Positions 61,621-64,000 of a DNA stretch of 64,000 nt are shown here, one piece after another (the stretch's first letter is position 1; each line of letters starts with the position of its first letter). The stretch is taken from the NCBI RefSeq assembly GCF_009914755.1, contig NC_060941.1. The stretch is one strand, 5' to 3'. The DNA comes from the human T2T-CHM13v2.0 reference genome, Homo sapiens. The position numbers and the translations under genes are program-made. The notes beneath the pieces were generated by a model, which ran no database searches, was not told the DNA's origin, and worked only from the letters and a program-made list of their open reading frames with translations.

Positions 61621-62953
61621 CTGGTAAATGCCTAGAGATGCAGGCTGTTGTCATTATTGCCAAAGTCACATACCAGGGACAGTGCTGGGGACAGTAATGC
61701 ACAGGATATGGCCTCTGCCCTCCTGTGGCCCCTGGTTTGGCCGAGGGACAGACATCCAAGTGTCTGGTTTCAGTGCTACATGAGAGCAACCGAGACGTGT
61801 CCTAAGTACAGCAGTCCCATTTCAGAGGTGGCGGGGGGAGCAGAGGACAAGGGCTCAGCTGCCAACGCGGCTCTAGTTTCCACCACACCAACGGCAGGGA
61901 TCCAGCGGGCCCCATCCAGAGAGATGGAGAGGAAACACTTGCAGAAAGTCCCCTGGTACAAAACCTGCCTGGCCTGGCTGTGTGTGTTTACATGGGTACT
62001 GGGGGTGGGAGGTTACTCCAAGTCAGAGGATGCTTGGGAACCTGCCCCAGGATGCCCCAGACATCTGGGGACAGGATGGTGCCAGCCCTGGGTCTGGGCC
62101 TCCCAGGTGCAAGCTGTGGAGCATCTGGAATGGGGACTTGGCCTTGTCCCAGCTAGTGGCCTCAGCTGTGGTCCAGGGGAGCCCAATCTGGGGTGGAGAG
62201 GGTGAGTCTCACCAAGCAGCCACACAGGCCAAGATGCCAACTGGCCCCTCAGTTTACCATGCTGGTGACCCCAGTAAACTTCCTACACTCTAGGAAGGGA
62301 AGCTGCCATTTGTCACCAAGAAAACATGGGACACAGCGGGCTGGGGGGACACAGGTTGGCCCTCAGCTGGCAGGAGGGTGGGCTGATCTGGATGGAGAAT
62401 TAGCTTTGCCATCTGTCCTCTGACCACAGTCGTGGAAGCCCTGGGAGCCCCTGTGCCCTGGGCCTGTCACCCTCTCAGCAAGGGCTTGTGACTGGCTTCT
62501 CCACAGTGCTCAGTCAAGGCCAGAGGGGAGAGGGCGCCGACCCAGGGGTGAGAAGCCACTTCCCCTCCTGGCTTCCAGGAGAGAAACTCTCATGCACCAG
62601 GGCACAGTCAGCCCTACTTAGGGCCTCAGTTTCTCCGCCCACACAATAAGGAGAACCTCTTTGTCCTCTGGCGTGAGGCTGGCTACCTGGGAAACAGACC
62701 AGAGGAATCTGGACGGCTCTCCGGGAGAGAGGAAGATGAGGGGAAAGGTCGACTCTTAGCTCCTGGAACCGATGAAGTGATGGGGAAGGAAAGGGTCAGG
62801 CAAGGGCTGGAAGATCCGGGGGACATGGGTGGGGGGCCTGGGTGCCACCTGTCTCCTGAGCCCTGGCTCCTCCTCTGCCCACCCCTCCCCGGCTGTCGGG
62901 AGGGACAGCCTTCCCTCTGGCTGACTCGGTCCAGGCCCAGCTCCCTGGGCTAA

Positions 62954-63329
<376 letters not shown>

Positions 63330-64000
63330 TTTTCAGAGTGGTCTTTTCTAAGCCGCTGACCGGAAGTGACAGCCCTGTGCTCAAAACCCTTCAATGGTTC
63401 CCCACAGGTGGCAGATCAAATCCAAAGGCCTCGAGGGCCCTTTGAGTTCTGGGCCCTGCACCTGAAGCCCAGCTGCCCAGAGCCCCTCAAGGGTGTCAGT
63501 GAGCTGTGCTCCTGCCAGCCTCTTGCTACCGGTCTCTTAGCCAGGAAAGCCAGGTTCTCCCCTGCCCTTTCTACTCTTTTCTCATTTTTCTAAGCCCCAG
63601 TTCAACAGACACACAATGCCACTGGTGTGGCAACATGTGTGTGTGGATGGAGTGAGGTGCAGAAGCAGGTGGTGGTGGGCTCTGAGAAGGGCTGATTGAA
63701 TGGTCTGCTTTATTCCCTTTCATAAATTTTCCTCGCTTGGAAGATTGACCTTTGTAAAGAAGAAAAACATTTTAGAAGGAAAAAGGAAAATATCTCTGCA
63801 TGCCCTCAGCTCAGATGCCATCTCCTCTGGGAGCTCCTCTGGCCCCTGCCAAGGCTGGATCAGGTGCCCTCAGGGCACACACGATGCTGACCCAGGGCCA
63901 TCTGTGGCCCAGACTCTGGGTCCCTCATGCAGCCCTCACCACTGCTCAGGAGGCCACAGGAACAGAGGAATCACTGGCCCATTTTATAGACGGGAAAGCT

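Overview
Primate (human-type) genomic DNA: Alu-dense, with GT-AG introns and no intact protein-coding gene. The content and order match the 17q24 segmental-duplication mosaic. On the minus strand, from right to left: the 3' exons of PLEKHM1P1; a CpG-island promoter with ARHGAP27P1 and MIR6080 (on +); a solo HERV-H LTR7-family element; two BPTF exons (BPTFP1); and a KPNA2 duplicate lacking exon 1 and exons 4-7 (KPNA2P3). The last three pseudogenes form the ARHGAP27P1-BPTFP1-KPNA2P3 (LOC146880) readthrough unit. Two retrocopies are also present: a 5'-truncated SNRNP200 copy lying antisense in the last KPNA2P3 intron, and MICOS10P2. The best candidate for something undescribed is in KPNA2P3. Its only frameshifted exon (exon 9) has also lost its splice acceptor, and the remaining exons 2-3-8-10-11 are all phase 0 and stop-free, so they splice into an intact 229-aa 'mini-importin-alpha' ORF. 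Gene identities and parent residues come from my recall of the parent proteins, not from a database search. Most ORFs in the supplied track are Alu or GC-rich artefacts.
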